64,000 nucleotides of DNA from Candidatus Micrarchaeota archaeon (GTDB lineage: Archaea > Micrarchaeota > Micrarchaeia > Micrarchaeales > CABMGC01), in the NCBI GenBank assembly GCA_021796225.1, contig JAJYOL010000005.1, positions 597 to 64,596 of the forward strand. The letters run 5' to 3'. The position numbers and the translations under genes are program-made. Of this stretch, positions 18,789 to 28,937 are shown one piece after another (position 1 is the first letter of the stretch; every line of letters starts with the position of its first letter). The notes beneath the pieces are model-generated. The model was given only the letters and a program-made list of their open reading frames with translations, was not told the origin of the DNA and did not search any database.

Positions 18789-19898
18789 TCAGGATATCTG
18801 ATTGCTCGTCTTTCTGAAGAAGAAAAGTGCAAGAACCATCATTATTCCTGCAAAGACGAGAAGTATGACAGACGTGTAGAATAGCGTTGCTACCGGGAGG
18901 AAACCCTTTATCATTACATCCCTCATCGCATTGACCGCATATGTCAGCGGATTCACCGCAACTATGGGAAGCAAGAATGAAGGCAATAGAGTTACAGGAA
19001 CGAACGCTCCGCCAAGGAAAGAGAGGGGCATTACGGTAGTCTGAGCCATCATGGCATAGTTCTGGAGTTGTTTCGCGATGGAAGCGAATGCCATGGCCAT
19101 GGCGCTGAATCCCAGACCCACCAAGAATATTATCCATATGAGTTCTACTGCGCCTACCGCACCTGCGGCAACCGTCGCGCCGTAAAGAATTCCGACGATA
19201 AATCCTATAAGCGCGGAAAGGAAGGACTGGAACGTGCCGTATAATATTTTGCTGAGTAAAATCGCGAACTGGTTTATCGGAGTTGTCAGGAAAGCCTTCA
19301 AATTGCCGAGCTGTCTGTCGCTGAGCAGCGTGAATCCGGCGGTGAAGACCGCACCGAAAGCGGCAACCATGACAAGCAATCCGCCCACTACGAAACTGAT
19401 GTAATTACTGCCTGCACCGTATACGTAATCAGTAGACACCGAAACCGTACCCGCATTTGCAGCGGTAATCCCGGTTTCTGCTGCTATCGCATCCACTTTT
19501 GCACTCACAACGCTTGCCGATTGGGGCTGTGAATTGTCAAGATAAAGATACACCTTGCTGCCTGCACCGCCATGCTGTGAAAATCCCGCAGGTATCACAA
19601 TAACTGCGGATACCGTGCCGTGCGACAGCAGATTCATTGCCTGCTGCTGCGTCGTTTGAGCCATAACGTTTATGCTGCCTCCGGATTCAAGCGCATTTAT
19701 GAAACTGGTCGAGACCAACCCATTGTCATAATTAACTACGGCTACCGGCACGTTCTTTGGCATGCTGCCGAAACTGCCGAGCAGAAGTATGAAAAGAAGC
19801 GGGAAAATAAGCGATCTCATGATGTTTGGCACAAGATTCTTCCTGAATATGAGCAATTCGCGAAGCAGAAGCGTATACGTATCGCCAAGCAAACTCAT
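18789..19898 (-). CDS. ABC-2 type exporter permease
   Basis: Multiple TMs, VPVAVVNYD extracellular loop, FLGGAFVP, NPLTYAVNAMR. Confidence 0.9.
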   Translation of the reverse strand: MSLLGDTYTLLLRELLIFRKNLVPNIMRSLIFPLLFILLLGSFGSMPKNVPVAVVNYDNGLVSTSFINALESGGSINVMAQTTQQQAMNLLSHGTVSAVIVIPAGFSQHGGAGSKVYLYLDNSQPQSASVVSAKVDAIAAETGITAANAGTVSVSTDYVYGAGSNYISFVVGGLLVMVAAFGAVFTAGFTLLSDRQLGNLKAFLTTPINQFAILLSKILYGTFQSFLSALIGFIVGILYGATVAAGAVGAVELIWIIFLVGLGFSAMAMAFASIAKQLQNYAMMAQTTVMPLSFLGGAFVPVTLLPSFLLPIVAVNPLTYAVNAMRDVMIKGFLPVATLFYTSVILLVFAGIMMVLALFFFRKTSNQIS

Positions 19899-19903
19899 TT
19901 CAT

Positions 19904-20902
19904 CTACCTTCTTCCCATCATGAACGTTCCTTTTGCCCCTGTACTGTATGCCCCTTCAGTGTCCCTTAATTCGGAACCCGTAAGTTTGAGAAACACGTCG
20001 TCTATCGTAGGCTCGTGCATGCTTATGTTGTGTATCTGGATTTTCATAGCAGTGATTTCCTTGACGAGCATTTCTATCTTTTTAGTCGCATTGCTTCCCC
20101 CCAGTGCAGTGACCTTGTTATTCAGCACCTTCGCATCGAGACCCACTTTTTCGAATGCCTTGGCAACTTTTGGAATATCTTCCCTTTCAGCTGTAATCTC
20201 TATTACGCTGCTTACGCCTATTTTCTGCCTGAGTTCGGCAGGCGTGCCCAAGGCGATTAACTTGCCGTGATCGATTATGCCTATTCTGTCGCAGAGCTGA
20301 TCAGCTTCCTCCAAATATTGCGTTGTCATCAATATGGTCACATTCTGCTTTTGATTTATGTTCCTCAGAAGGTCCCATATCTTTGCTCTGTTCTGAATAT
20401 CAAGGCCCGTCGTAGGTTCGTCGAGGAGAATGAGCTCCGGCGCATGCATCAGTGATTTTGCCGTTTCCAGACGCCGTTTCATCCCTCCGGAAAACGTTCC
20501 CGCATACGAATGCCTGAACGATTCCAAATCCGCAAGTTTGAGTGCAAAGTCTATGTCTTTTTGAAGCTCAGGCTCCGGTATGTGATAAAGCTTTCCGAAT
20601 ATCATGAGATTCTGTTCGGCAGTCAGTTCGGGTTCGACCACGGTTTCCTGGGTCACTATTCCTATCTGCTTTCTAGCAGAACGCGGATCCTTCTGGATAT
20701 CCGTGCCGTTTATGAGGATTTTTCCGGAAGTTGGGGCTATGAGGCCCAAAATCATGTTTATAGTAGTGCTTTTTCCAGCGCCATTCGGTCCGAGCAAGCC
20801 GAATATCTCGCCTTTCTTTATGTTTAGGTTTATGCCGTTCACTGCCGTAAAGTCACCGAATTTCTTGACGAGATCTTGTATCAATACGGCATTGTCACTC
20901 AT
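19904..20902 (-). CDS. ABC transporter ATP-binding protein (DrrA-like)
   Basis: GPNGAGKS, FSGGMKRRL, LDEPTTGLD, EPTIDDVF. Confidence 0.93.
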   Translation of the reverse strand: MSDNAVLIQDLVKKFGDFTAVNGINLNIKKGEIFGLLGPNGAGKSTTINMILGLIAPTSGKILINGTDIQKDPRSARKQIGIVTQETVVEPELTAEQNLMIFGKLYHIPEPELQKDIDFALKLADLESFRHSYAGTFSGGMKRRLETAKSLMHAPELILLDEPTTGLDIQNRAKIWDLLRNINQKQNVTILMTTQYLEEADQLCDRIGIIDHGKLIALGTPAELRQKIGVSSVIEITAEREDIPKVAKAFEKVGLDAKVLNNKVTALGGSNATKKIEMLVKEITAMKIQIHNISMHEPTIDDVFLKLTGSELRDTEGAYSTGAKGTFMMGRR

Positions 20903-21266
20903 CGAACTCCTCCTTCAACATCTTCTTCATTTCAACAGCCATCTTCTTTATAAGCATATCGCGGTTTTTAATGACCGTCTTTCCCTTGACAGTTATAGCA
21001 TAAAGCTTTTGCATCTTTTTGCCTTCCATCCTCTTCCTACTTTTAATATACCCTTCCTTCTCGAGTACGGAAGTCATATTATATATGTCGCTCTTGCTGA
21101 AATATTTGGCCATTGGGCCGTTGTGTTTCTTCATGTGCTTTAGCAGCGCATACGGATACGTATTGCTGCGTTCTATGTAGTTAAGTATTATGGTTTTCAT
21201 TATCCCTCTGGCCGTATCCTTGTCAAGATATCTCATCAGGGAATTTTTCATCTTTTCGTCTTTCAT
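20895..21266 (-). CDS. PadR family transcriptional regulator
   Basis: IYNMTSVLEKEGYI...KLYAITVKGK winged-HTH; heads the ABC operon. Confidence 0.8.
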   Translation of the reverse strand: MKDEKMKNSLMRYLDKDTARGIMKTIILNYIERSNTYPYALLKHMKKHNGPMAKYFSKSDIYNMTSVLEKEGYIKSRKRMEGKKMQKLYAITVKGKTVIKNRDMLIKKMAVEMKKMLKEEFDE

Positions 21267-21272
21267 CTCTAC

Positions 21273-21299
21273 ACTAGTTTAAAGTTAAACTAGTTTAAA
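21273..21299. promoter_or_regulatory. candidate PadR operator (inverted plus direct repeat)
   Basis: ACTAGTTTAA-AG-TTAAACTAGT perfect 10-bp arms; ACTAGTTTAAA also repeated directly; lies between the TATA box (about 21313-21321) and the ATG. Confidence 0.7.
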
Positions 21300-21426
21300 T
21301 ATACACTAAAAGGTATATAAACATATCAGAAGTGCCGCCGAGATGCCTAGCATAATGATTATAAGGCATTACACCATATTTAATATAACAATATAAACGG
21401 ATAGCAGGCAGTACGGTGTATTATTT

Positions 21427-24294
21427 ATGATAAATTATAGGGACCTTGAAAACAAATGGCAGGCAGAGTGGGACAAGGCCAAGATATTCGAAGGCAGCAT
21501 GAACCAGAAGCAATCGTACATGGTAACGGCCGCGTTTCCTTATGCTAATGCGCCGCAACACATAGGACATCTCAGGGTATTCGGCACCGCCGACGTTCTG
21601 GCGCGATACAAGAGGATGAAAGGATTTAACGTATTGTATCCGATGGCATTTCACGCTACGGGGACCCCGATACTCGCGTTTGCAAAGCGATTGCAGAATA
21701 AAGACCCGGAACTTATACGCGAGCTTAAGATGTTTCACGTTCCTGACGAAGAAATAGAAAAAATGACCGACCCCGTGTACATAGCGGAATATTTCATAAA
21801 GGAAATAGAAAAAGGCATGCATGCAGTGGGCTTCAGCATCGATTGGCGCAGATCATTCGTATCGATAGAACCGAAATTCAGCAAATTCGTAGAGTGGCAG
21901 ATAAACCTACTTAATTCCAAAGGATTGCTTACAAAAGGCGAACACCCTGTAGGATGGTGCCCTAACGAGAACAATGCGGTAGGAATGCACGACACGAAAC
22001 ACGATGTTGAGCCGGACATTGAAAAAGAAATGGCAGTGCGATTTGAAATAGAAGGGAAAGACGCATCGTTCATATGCGCAACATACAGACCTGAAACACT
22101 TCCAGGAGTGACGAATCTTTTTGTTAATGAAAAAGCCGTGTATGTCGCATGCAGGATAGGAGAGGATGGAAAGACATATTACATTTCAAAAGAAGCCGCA
22201 AGCAGACTTGGTTATCAGTTCAAAATAGAAGCAATCAGTGAGATAAACGGGGAAGAACTTCTGAAGATGTCATGCACAAACCCGTTCACAGGACTGAAAA
22301 TTCCCGTGCTTCCGGGCTTCTTCGTAAATCCGGTCGTAGGCACAGGCGTTGTCATGAGCGTCCCGGCACATGCGCCTTTCGATTATGTCGCGATAGAGAA
22401 ACTGAAAACTTCAGGCTATCCTGTTCCGGAGATAAAACCGGTAAAAGTGGTGGACGTTGAGATAGGCAGATCCTTGGATAAAAAAACAGGGCAAGCGCAG
22501 GTATCGGATATCCCGGCACTCGAATATCTCAAAGCAGTAGGAGCGGATGTTTCATCTCCCGACAATCTTATAGAACAGGCAACAAAATTGGAATATAAGG
22601 AGGAATCGCATTGGGGAAAAATGTCGGTGGGTGGATTTGAAAACATGTCCGAACCCGAAGCAAGGGAGAAGATGAAAGGAATTCTCATGCAAAAAGGCAA
22701 CGGATTCGAGATGCACATACTTGCAAACAGGCCAGTGTATTGCAGATGCGGCACTGAAATAGTAGTAAAGGTTGTGGATAACCAATGGTTCATAAATTAC
22801 GGAAACGCAGAATGGAAGAAAAACGTCAACGAGGCATTCAAGGATATAACGATATTGCCGCCGAAAAGCAGAAAGGCGTTCGAATCCGCCATAAACTGGC
22901 TTGATTTGAGAGCGGTTGCAAGAGCACAGGGCCTTGGAACCAGATTCCCGATAGATAACAATTACATAATCGAATCCCTGTCCGATTCGACGTTGTACAT
23001 GTCCTTTTACACCATAGTTAACCTGATACGCGATACGGATCCTGAAAAACTCAAACCGGAATTTTTCGATTATGCCATACTCGGAAAGGGAGAAGCAGAA
23101 GTCATCGCAAAGTCAACGGGAATCGATTACGAAACGATAAAGAAATGCAGGGAATCGTTCCAGTATTGGTATACGAACACGTCGAGACATTCAGGACCGG
23201 ACCTGATTTTCAACCACCTTACCATGTACATATACAACCACGTTGCAATCCTTGAGAAGAAATACTGGCCCAAGCAGATAGTGGTAAACGGGTCCGTGCT
23301 AAGTGAAGGGGAAAAGATGAGCAAGAGCCTTGGCAATATCGTACCGCTTATGGATGCGGTTGAAAAGCACGGCGCGGATCCTTTGAGATTCGTCATAGTC
23401 GCAGGAGCGGACCTTTTCAGCGATTCGGAATACAGCGATGATTCGGTAAACGGGATAAAAGAACGGTTCGAATACATATTCAAAATAGCGGAAAATATGA
23501 AGAGCATGCAGGCAGGTCAGCTCGAACACATAGATTACTGGTTGTATTCGAAACTTAACAGAAAAATAGATACGGTATCCAAATCCATGGACATACTCGA
23601 ACTGAGGGTTGCATCGACGGAATTGCTTTACAATTCGGTTTTGGAACTTAAAAGATACTTCTCACGCGGCGGAAAGAACAGCATCGTCATCAAGGATTAT
23701 ATAAACTCGTTGGTTCTGATGCTCGCACCGATATCCCCGCATATCGCCGAAGAGCTGTGGAGAATGCTGGATTATGACAACTTCGTTGCATTGGAGAAGT
23801 GGCCGGAACAGGATCAGTCGATGGTAAACGAAAAGGTGGAAAGACAGGAAGATATAGTAGACAGGACTATAGACGACGCGAGGGAAGTAATGAATATAGT
23901 CAGGAAAAAAGAGAACAAGGAACCGCGCGAAATAAACCTAATTGTCGCCGAGGATTGGAAGAGGGAAGTGAACAATCTCATGGCAGCGGAGAAGAACGTC
24001 GGCAAACTCATTGAGAACATAACTGGCAACAAGGACAGCATTCTTGGAGAAACGACGAAGAAAATGAATGTGGAAATGATACTCGATTATGTAAAGGGCA
24101 ACGCGAAGAGGATAGGAAGCATACAGCACACCGACATAACACAGGAAGAGGAACTTTCTTTCCTGAAAGAGGCATCGGGATACGTATCCGAAATGTTAGG
24201 CTGCAAAGTCAACGTGGTCAAGGAATCGGAATCTAAATCTGAAAGGGCGAAGAGATCGATGCCGGGAAAGCCGAGCATAGACGTAAGCCTTTGA
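21427..24294 (+). CDS. leuS: leucyl-tRNA synthetase (archaeal type)
   Basis: AFPY, HIGH, ATYRPET, GTGVVMSVPAHAPFDY, ESLSDST, KMSKS. Confidence 0.95.
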   Translation: MINYRDLENKWQAEWDKAKIFEGSMNQKQSYMVTAAFPYANAPQHIGHLRVFGTADVLARYKRMKGFNVLYPMAFHATGTPILAFAKRLQNKDPELIRELKMFHVPDEEIEKMTDPVYIAEYFIKEIEKGMHAVGFSIDWRRSFVSIEPKFSKFVEWQINLLNSKGLLTKGEHPVGWCPNENNAVGMHDTKHDVEPDIEKEMAVRFEIEGKDASFICATYRPETLPGVTNLFVNEKAVYVACRIGEDGKTYYISKEAASRLGYQFKIEAISEINGEELLKMSCTNPFTGLKIPVLPGFFVNPVVGTGVVMSVPAHAPFDYVAIEKLKTSGYPVPEIKPVKVVDVEIGRSLDKKTGQAQVSDIPALEYLKAVGADVSSPDNLIEQATKLEYKEESHWGKMSVGGFENMSEPEAREKMKGILMQKGNGFEMHILANRPVYCRCGTEIVVKVVDNQWFINYGNAEWKKNVNEAFKDITILPPKSRKAFESAINWLDLRAVARAQGLGTRFPIDNNYIIESLSDSTLYMSFYTIVNLIRDTDPEKLKPEFFDYAILGKGEAEVIAKSTGIDYETIKKCRESFQYWYTNTSRHSGPDLIFNHLTMYIYNHVAILEKKYWPKQIVVNGSVLSEGEKMSKSLGNIVPLMDAVEKHGADPLRFVIVAGADLFSDSEYSDDSVNGIKERFEYIFKIAENMKSMQAGQLEHIDYWLYSKLNRKIDTVSKSMDILELRVASTELLYNSVLELKRYFSRGGKNSIVIKDYINSLVLMLAPISPHIAEELWRMLDYDNFVALEKWPEQDQSMVNEKVERQEDIVDRTIDDAREVMNIVRKKENKEPREINLIVAEDWKREVNNLMAAEKNVGKLIENITGNKDSILGETTKKMNVEMILDYVKGNAKRIGSIQHTDITQEEELSFLKEASGYVSEMLGCKVNVVKESESKSERAKRSMPGKPSIDVSL

Positions 24295-24296
24295 CA

Positions 24297-25040
24297 TCAA
24301 AGTCCGATATTTCTGTAAAACATTGACAATATAAATGCTATTACAAGCCACAGCACCATCGTGCCCAGCAGCGAGTAAAGCGGTATTATCGTGAGGAACA
24401 GCAAAAATATTATGCCTATCATTGCAGCGAAAACCGGCTTGTTCCATGCGAATATTTTGCTGCCGTCAAGAGGAGGTATGGGAAGCATGTTGAAGAATGC
24501 GAGCAGTATGCTGATGAAAAGAGTGAAGTTTATCATATTCTGCAAGTAGCCGAGCTTCGTGTAGTAGCCGAACGTGGTGAGTATGTTTCCGGAGAAGTTC
24601 GGGAATGCGAGCAGTCCGACAATCAAAAACAGAAGGAACACTGCGAAATTCGTTAGCGGTCCGGCAAGTGACACCAGCCCGTTCTCCCTTCTGGTGAACG
24701 TATTCGAATATATCACAGTGGCACCGGGAATTCCTACAAGAAAACCGAACATCGCAGTGACAAGGGTTATCAGGATACCCATTCTAGAATGCACGAATTC
24801 GGCTATCGCCCCGAAGCGCTGCGCAACGAACTTGTGCATCAATTCGTGCAATACGAAAGAGAGGGTAACACCAACCGCAGTTATGGGCAGAAAATATATG
24901 AACGCGCCAAAGGAGGAAGCCGATGACGGTATTCCGCCATTAAGCATCATGTCAAATGCGAGTATGAGCACCGCATCGGCTATCAGTATCTCGCGGAGCT
25001 CGCGAGAACCGGAAATGTGCCTGCGATAATTTGTCAGCAT
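24297..25040 (-). CDS. site-2 protease (M50 intramembrane metalloprotease)
   Basis: HELMH, AGPLTN, FNMLPIPPLDG. Confidence 0.92.
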   Translation of the reverse strand: MLTNYRRHISGSRELREILIADAVLILAFDMMLNGGIPSSASSFGAFIYFLPITAVGVTLSFVLHELMHKFVAQRFGAIAEFVHSRMGILITLVTAMFGFLVGIPGATVIYSNTFTRRENGLVSLAGPLTNFAVFLLFLIVGLLAFPNFSGNILTTFGYYTKLGYLQNMINFTLFISILLAFFNMLPIPPLDGSKIFAWNKPVFAAMIGIIFLLFLTIIPLYSLLGTMVLWLVIAFILSMFYRNIGL

Positions 25041-25123
25041 AACGTAGACCTGAGCTTAAGGATAAATAGTATCTGCCAGATAAATATATATAAGACTTGA
25101 CTGAAAAGCATATGCTGTCTTAC

Positions 25124-25196
25124 AGTCCCATAGTCTAGTGGTCAAGGATAGCGGGCTCTGAACCCGTTGACGCCAGTTCGAATCTGGCTGGGACTA
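25124..25196 (+). tRNA. tRNA-Gln(CUG)
   Basis: Acceptor stem AGTCCCA/TGGGACT, anticodon arm GCGGG-CTCTGAA-CCCGT, T-loop TTCGAAT; no intron, CCA not encoded. Confidence 0.95.
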
Positions 25197-25305
25197 TCTG
25201 TTTTTCAAATCGGCGTGTATTTTGAGGGTTTGGCCGGGGCAATTTTCCAAGTTTATAGGGGATTTTAGCCACAGTTTATAAATATAAGTATCTTACTACT
25301 ATGCA

Positions 25306-26499
25306 GTGATTATATTGGCTGACCAGCCTATAACTACAAGCATAGACTCCTTGGTTAACTACCTAAACGAGCATGGTGAAACCGACACAATAACCCTTGC
25401 CGCATTTCTTAAGGTGAGCGAGAGGACCGTTTCCGATTGGGCAGGGATACTGGAAAAGGCTGGCATGATAAAAATATCGTATAAGATAGGCAAGATGTAC
25501 CTTTCCAGAAGCGAGAAAAAAGGGGTTTCGGCAGAAGTTGAAAGGTCGATAAAGGAAATAAAGAAGAAGAATATAGAAGATGAAATCTCCGCTCAGCAGA
25601 TAACACTCAACAACATAACCGCTAAGATAGAAACATACAGCAAGACGGTCACGGATGCGGAAGGCATATTTAAACAGAAAGCAGGTGCGGCAAAGGAAAC
25701 GCTGGCGAAGCTTTCCAGCCTGGAAAATGAAATGAACAGGATGTCATCCGACATAAGCTCGAAGAAAGACAAGGTAACGCAGATGATCGGAAAGCTTGAA
25801 CAGGAAATGGCGACGCTGCAGAAAGATTCCTCGGAAACGAGCAACTTCAGCCAGGATATGGGAGGGGCTGCGGGACTCATGGTAGACATGATAAAGAGGG
25901 CAGGGGCAATACGCGCGGAAGTCGAGCAGGCGAACAAGGATTTTGACAACCTTGTAGAAGAGCACAGAAGGAAAATGAAACGCATGGAACTCGACATAAA
26001 GTCCGAGGTAATGTCGTTACAAGACAAGATAAACAGTGAAAGTGCAAAGGTGCATAAGTACCAACGGATGGTTTCAGATTACAAAAAACGGGCATACGAT
26101 ACCGAAAAGAGGATAAAAACCGTGCGCACCGAAATACTCGATTCCGCAATAAAGGATAGGGAAAACGTGCTGAGGATATACAATACCGCGGACAACGAAG
26201 TAAAAAAACTTGGACAGAACATAAACAACATGAAGAGCAGTTGGGGAGCGTTGTCAGAGTTCAATGGAAAATTGAATGATGCAAACAAAGGGATATCGGA
26301 ACTGCTTAAGGAAGTCGCCGATACGAAGAAGGCGCTTGATGATCTGTCCAAAGAAATCAGTGCAAATAAGAATATTGAAAATGATCCTGGTGCGATAGAC
26401 AAGGCGGACAAGAAGGCAAAACAGTTGAAAGACGTAACAGATACGCTTGTTGGAAAGAAGAATTCACTGCAGAAGGATGTCGAAGATCTAGGTTCTTAA
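25306..26499 (+). CDS. winged-HTH plus long coiled-coil protein, first gene of the pilus motor operon
   Basis: N-terminal ITTSIDSLVNYL...SERTVSDWAGILEKAGMIKISYK wHTH-like segment followed by about 320 aa of heptad-rich helix; non-ATG start. Confidence 0.65.
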   Translation: MIILADQPITTSIDSLVNYLNEHGETDTITLAAFLKVSERTVSDWAGILEKAGMIKISYKIGKMYLSRSEKKGVSAEVERSIKEIKKKNIEDEISAQQITLNNITAKIETYSKTVTDAEGIFKQKAGAAKETLAKLSSLENEMNRMSSDISSKKDKVTQMIGKLEQEMATLQKDSSETSNFSQDMGGAAGLMVDMIKRAGAIRAEVEQANKDFDNLVEEHRRKMKRMELDIKSEVMSLQDKINSESAKVHKYQRMVSDYKKRAYDTEKRIKTVRTEILDSAIKDRENVLRIYNTADNEVKKLGQNINNMKSSWGALSEFNGKLNDANKGISELLKEVADTKKALDDLSKEISANKNIENDPGAIDKADKKAKQLKDVTDTLVGKKNSLQKDVEDLGS

Positions 26500-26516
26500 A
26501 AATAAAGTGACGTTAT

Positions 26517-28025
26517 ATGGCTGAACAAGAGAGTGCGGAAAAAAACGTTCTTGCTACGTATAGGCTGAATGCGAAGGGCCTGATTGCCGACGTAATCATA
26601 CGCGATAAAGGAGGCTTCGTAAACGAATACGAAGTCAGCATGCAGGGCATAGGAAACGCTACAAAGGTGCTGCTTACTTCACTTAGGCCGGAACTGCTTT
26701 CCATCGTCCCCATAGATCCTTCAAGAGTCGACGATAAGGAATACGAAGCAGAACTCATACTCAAATATACTGACGCGTCCAATCTTGTAATAAACAAATA
26801 TCTTCCCGGAACAACTGAAGCGGTAAGGAAGATGCTTGTAGCTTTTATAATAAACATGCTGCTGGGGCTTGGCGAACTTGAGGTGCCCCTGTCCGACGAA
26901 AATCTTGAAGAAGTTGCAATAAACGGATCGCGCGATATGCTGTGGGTATTCCACAGACAATACGGATGGTGCAAGACCAACATCGCACTGAAAGATGAAG
27001 AGGAAATATACGACTATTCGGAACAGATAGGAAGAAAGGTTGGCAGGCAGATATCAAACCTCAATCCCCTTATGGATGCGGAACTGCTTGACGGATCAAG
27101 AGTCAATGCCACACTGTACCCAATATCCCAGGCAGGAAACACGATAACGATAAGAAAATTCTCCAAAAACCCGTGGTCCATGGTAGCGCTGGTTGCAAAC
27201 AAGACCCTTTCGCTGGAAATGGCGGCTCTCACGTGGCTATGCGTGCAGAACGAAATCAGTCTGCTCATATCTGGGGGAACGGCAAGCGGGAAAACAAGCT
27301 TCCTCAACGCATTGGGAATATTCATGCCTGCAAACAGGAGGGTCATCTCCGTTGAAGAAACGAGGGAACTTACGCTCCCTGATTTCCTGCAGTGGCTGCC
27401 GATGCTTACGAGACAGCCCAACCCGGAAGGAAAGGGAGAAGTCACGCTTTACAACCTCATGATAAACGCGCTGAGACAAAGGCCGGACATACTGCTTGTA
27501 GGAGAAATAAGGACAAAGGAAGACGCACAGACGCTTTTCGAGGCAATACATACCGGTCACGCGGTTTACGGCACGCTTCATGCGGACAATGCAAGCAACA
27601 CGATAGTCAGAATGAGCAATCCCCCCATTAACATTTCAAAGCTGATACTCAATGCATTGGGAGGCATAGTTAATCTCTTCAGGCATAGACGACTCGGGGT
27701 GAGGAGGCTTCTCGAGTTCGGTGAAATGCTCGGCAGCGGGGACATATCCGTAATAGAGAGATGGGACATAAACAACGACTCGTTCGTGAAAATAGGCGAC
27801 ATGACAAGGCTTGCCGATACGATAGGACTTTACAGCGGCTTTACCCGACAGGAGATATCACAGGATATAGTAGAAAAAGGAGAGATACTCAACTGGATGG
27901 TTACGAACAAGGTATCGATGGTCGATGATGCAGGATACGTAGTTGCAAATTACTACAAGAATCCGTCAAAGATCCTTCAGGCTGTGAAAGACAACGCGGC
28001 CTTTTCCAAAAAAATGTTTGGCTAG
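26517..28025 (+). CDS. type IV pilus/Tad assembly ATPase (TadA/VirB11/ArlI-like)
   Basis: GGTASGKT, SVEETREL, ALRQRPD, GEIR, HTGH...TLHA. Confidence 0.93.
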   Translation: MAEQESAEKNVLATYRLNAKGLIADVIIRDKGGFVNEYEVSMQGIGNATKVLLTSLRPELLSIVPIDPSRVDDKEYEAELILKYTDASNLVINKYLPGTTEAVRKMLVAFIINMLLGLGELEVPLSDENLEEVAINGSRDMLWVFHRQYGWCKTNIALKDEEEIYDYSEQIGRKVGRQISNLNPLMDAELLDGSRVNATLYPISQAGNTITIRKFSKNPWSMVALVANKTLSLEMAALTWLCVQNEISLLISGGTASGKTSFLNALGIFMPANRRVISVEETRELTLPDFLQWLPMLTRQPNPEGKGEVTLYNLMINALRQRPDILLVGEIRTKEDAQTLFEAIHTGHAVYGTLHADNASNTIVRMSNPPINISKLILNALGGIVNLFRHRRLGVRRLLEFGEMLGSGDISVIERWDINNDSFVKIGDMTRLADTIGLYSGFTRQEISQDIVEKGEILNWMVTNKVSMVDDAGYVVANYYKNPSKILQAVKDNAAFSKKMFG

Positions 28026-28034
28026 GTGTAATGT

Positions 28035-28937
28035 TTGGACGAACCCGACGCATATCAAAATGTAGTGAATGAAATAAGCGAATTGGATTCAGGGCAGGAA
28101 CAGGCCAGGATAGTGACACTCAGCATGCAGGATATATTTGCAGAAGGAATACAGGTAAAAAAATACAGCTACGATGAAGCCGTAAATACGATAAACAATT
28201 TGTGGCAGTCCGCCCCTTCGGGAATGACGGAAGAGCAGAGATATTCGCAAAAACTTGCCGGGCCCATAAGGGTTGCGGACATAACGTGGATATCGAAAAG
28301 GATAGAGAAGGGAAGAAAGGGTGGCCCATTAGCCGCATTGAGAGCCGACTTGGACGCACGGGAAGCGAAGAAAGAAGCGGCGAAAAAAGCAGCAGAGGAA
28401 GAAAAGGCAAAACGCCGGGCTTTGAAAAAGAAACAAACAGAAAAGGTACAGGCACCGCAGATAGAGGAATTCAAACCGGAAGAACCGACACAGCCTGAAC
28501 CTGTAAAACAAGCCGCCCCTCAACAAATACCGCAGGAACCCGCACCGCAGCAGCAAAACGTTGCTCCACAGGTGAAACAAAACGTATTTGAAAGCGATAT
28601 CAAAAATGCGGCTGAAGAGATCAACAAGACGGCTCCGAAAGGAAACTGGTTCATGGACCAGATAACCTCGCACATAAGCTGGAAAAATGAACAGGATCTG
28701 GTGCTCTTGAACCTGTCTGTTCCGGAACAGATTGACGAACTCGAAAAGATAGGGCTGGGACTTGAGAATAATATATTTAATAAAGAGCAGATGAGGATCA
28801 TAGTTGAGGAAGTAGTAAGCCTGAAAAGGAAGTTGATGAGAAACAGGGTCGCGGTGGGATCTCAGACGGAGTTGGAAGCGCTTCGGGACCAGAGATTGAA
28901 TGCGGTTCTTGAAAAGTTGGGAAAATCGATGAGTTGA
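28035..28937 (+). CDS. hypothetical cytoplasmic protein with charged and Pro/Gln-rich linker
   Basis: Open 300-aa ORF tightly packed in the operon; TTG start after GGTG. Confidence 0.6.
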   Translation: MDEPDAYQNVVNEISELDSGQEQARIVTLSMQDIFAEGIQVKKYSYDEAVNTINNLWQSAPSGMTEEQRYSQKLAGPIRVADITWISKRIEKGRKGGPLAALRADLDAREAKKEAAKKAAEEEKAKRRALKKKQTEKVQAPQIEEFKPEEPTQPEPVKQAAPQQIPQEPAPQQQNVAPQVKQNVFESDIKNAAEEINKTAPKGNWFMDQITSHISWKNEQDLVLLNLSVPEQIDELEKIGLGLENNIFNKEQMRIIVEEVVSLKRKLMRNRVAVGSQTELEALRDQRLNAVLEKLGKSMS

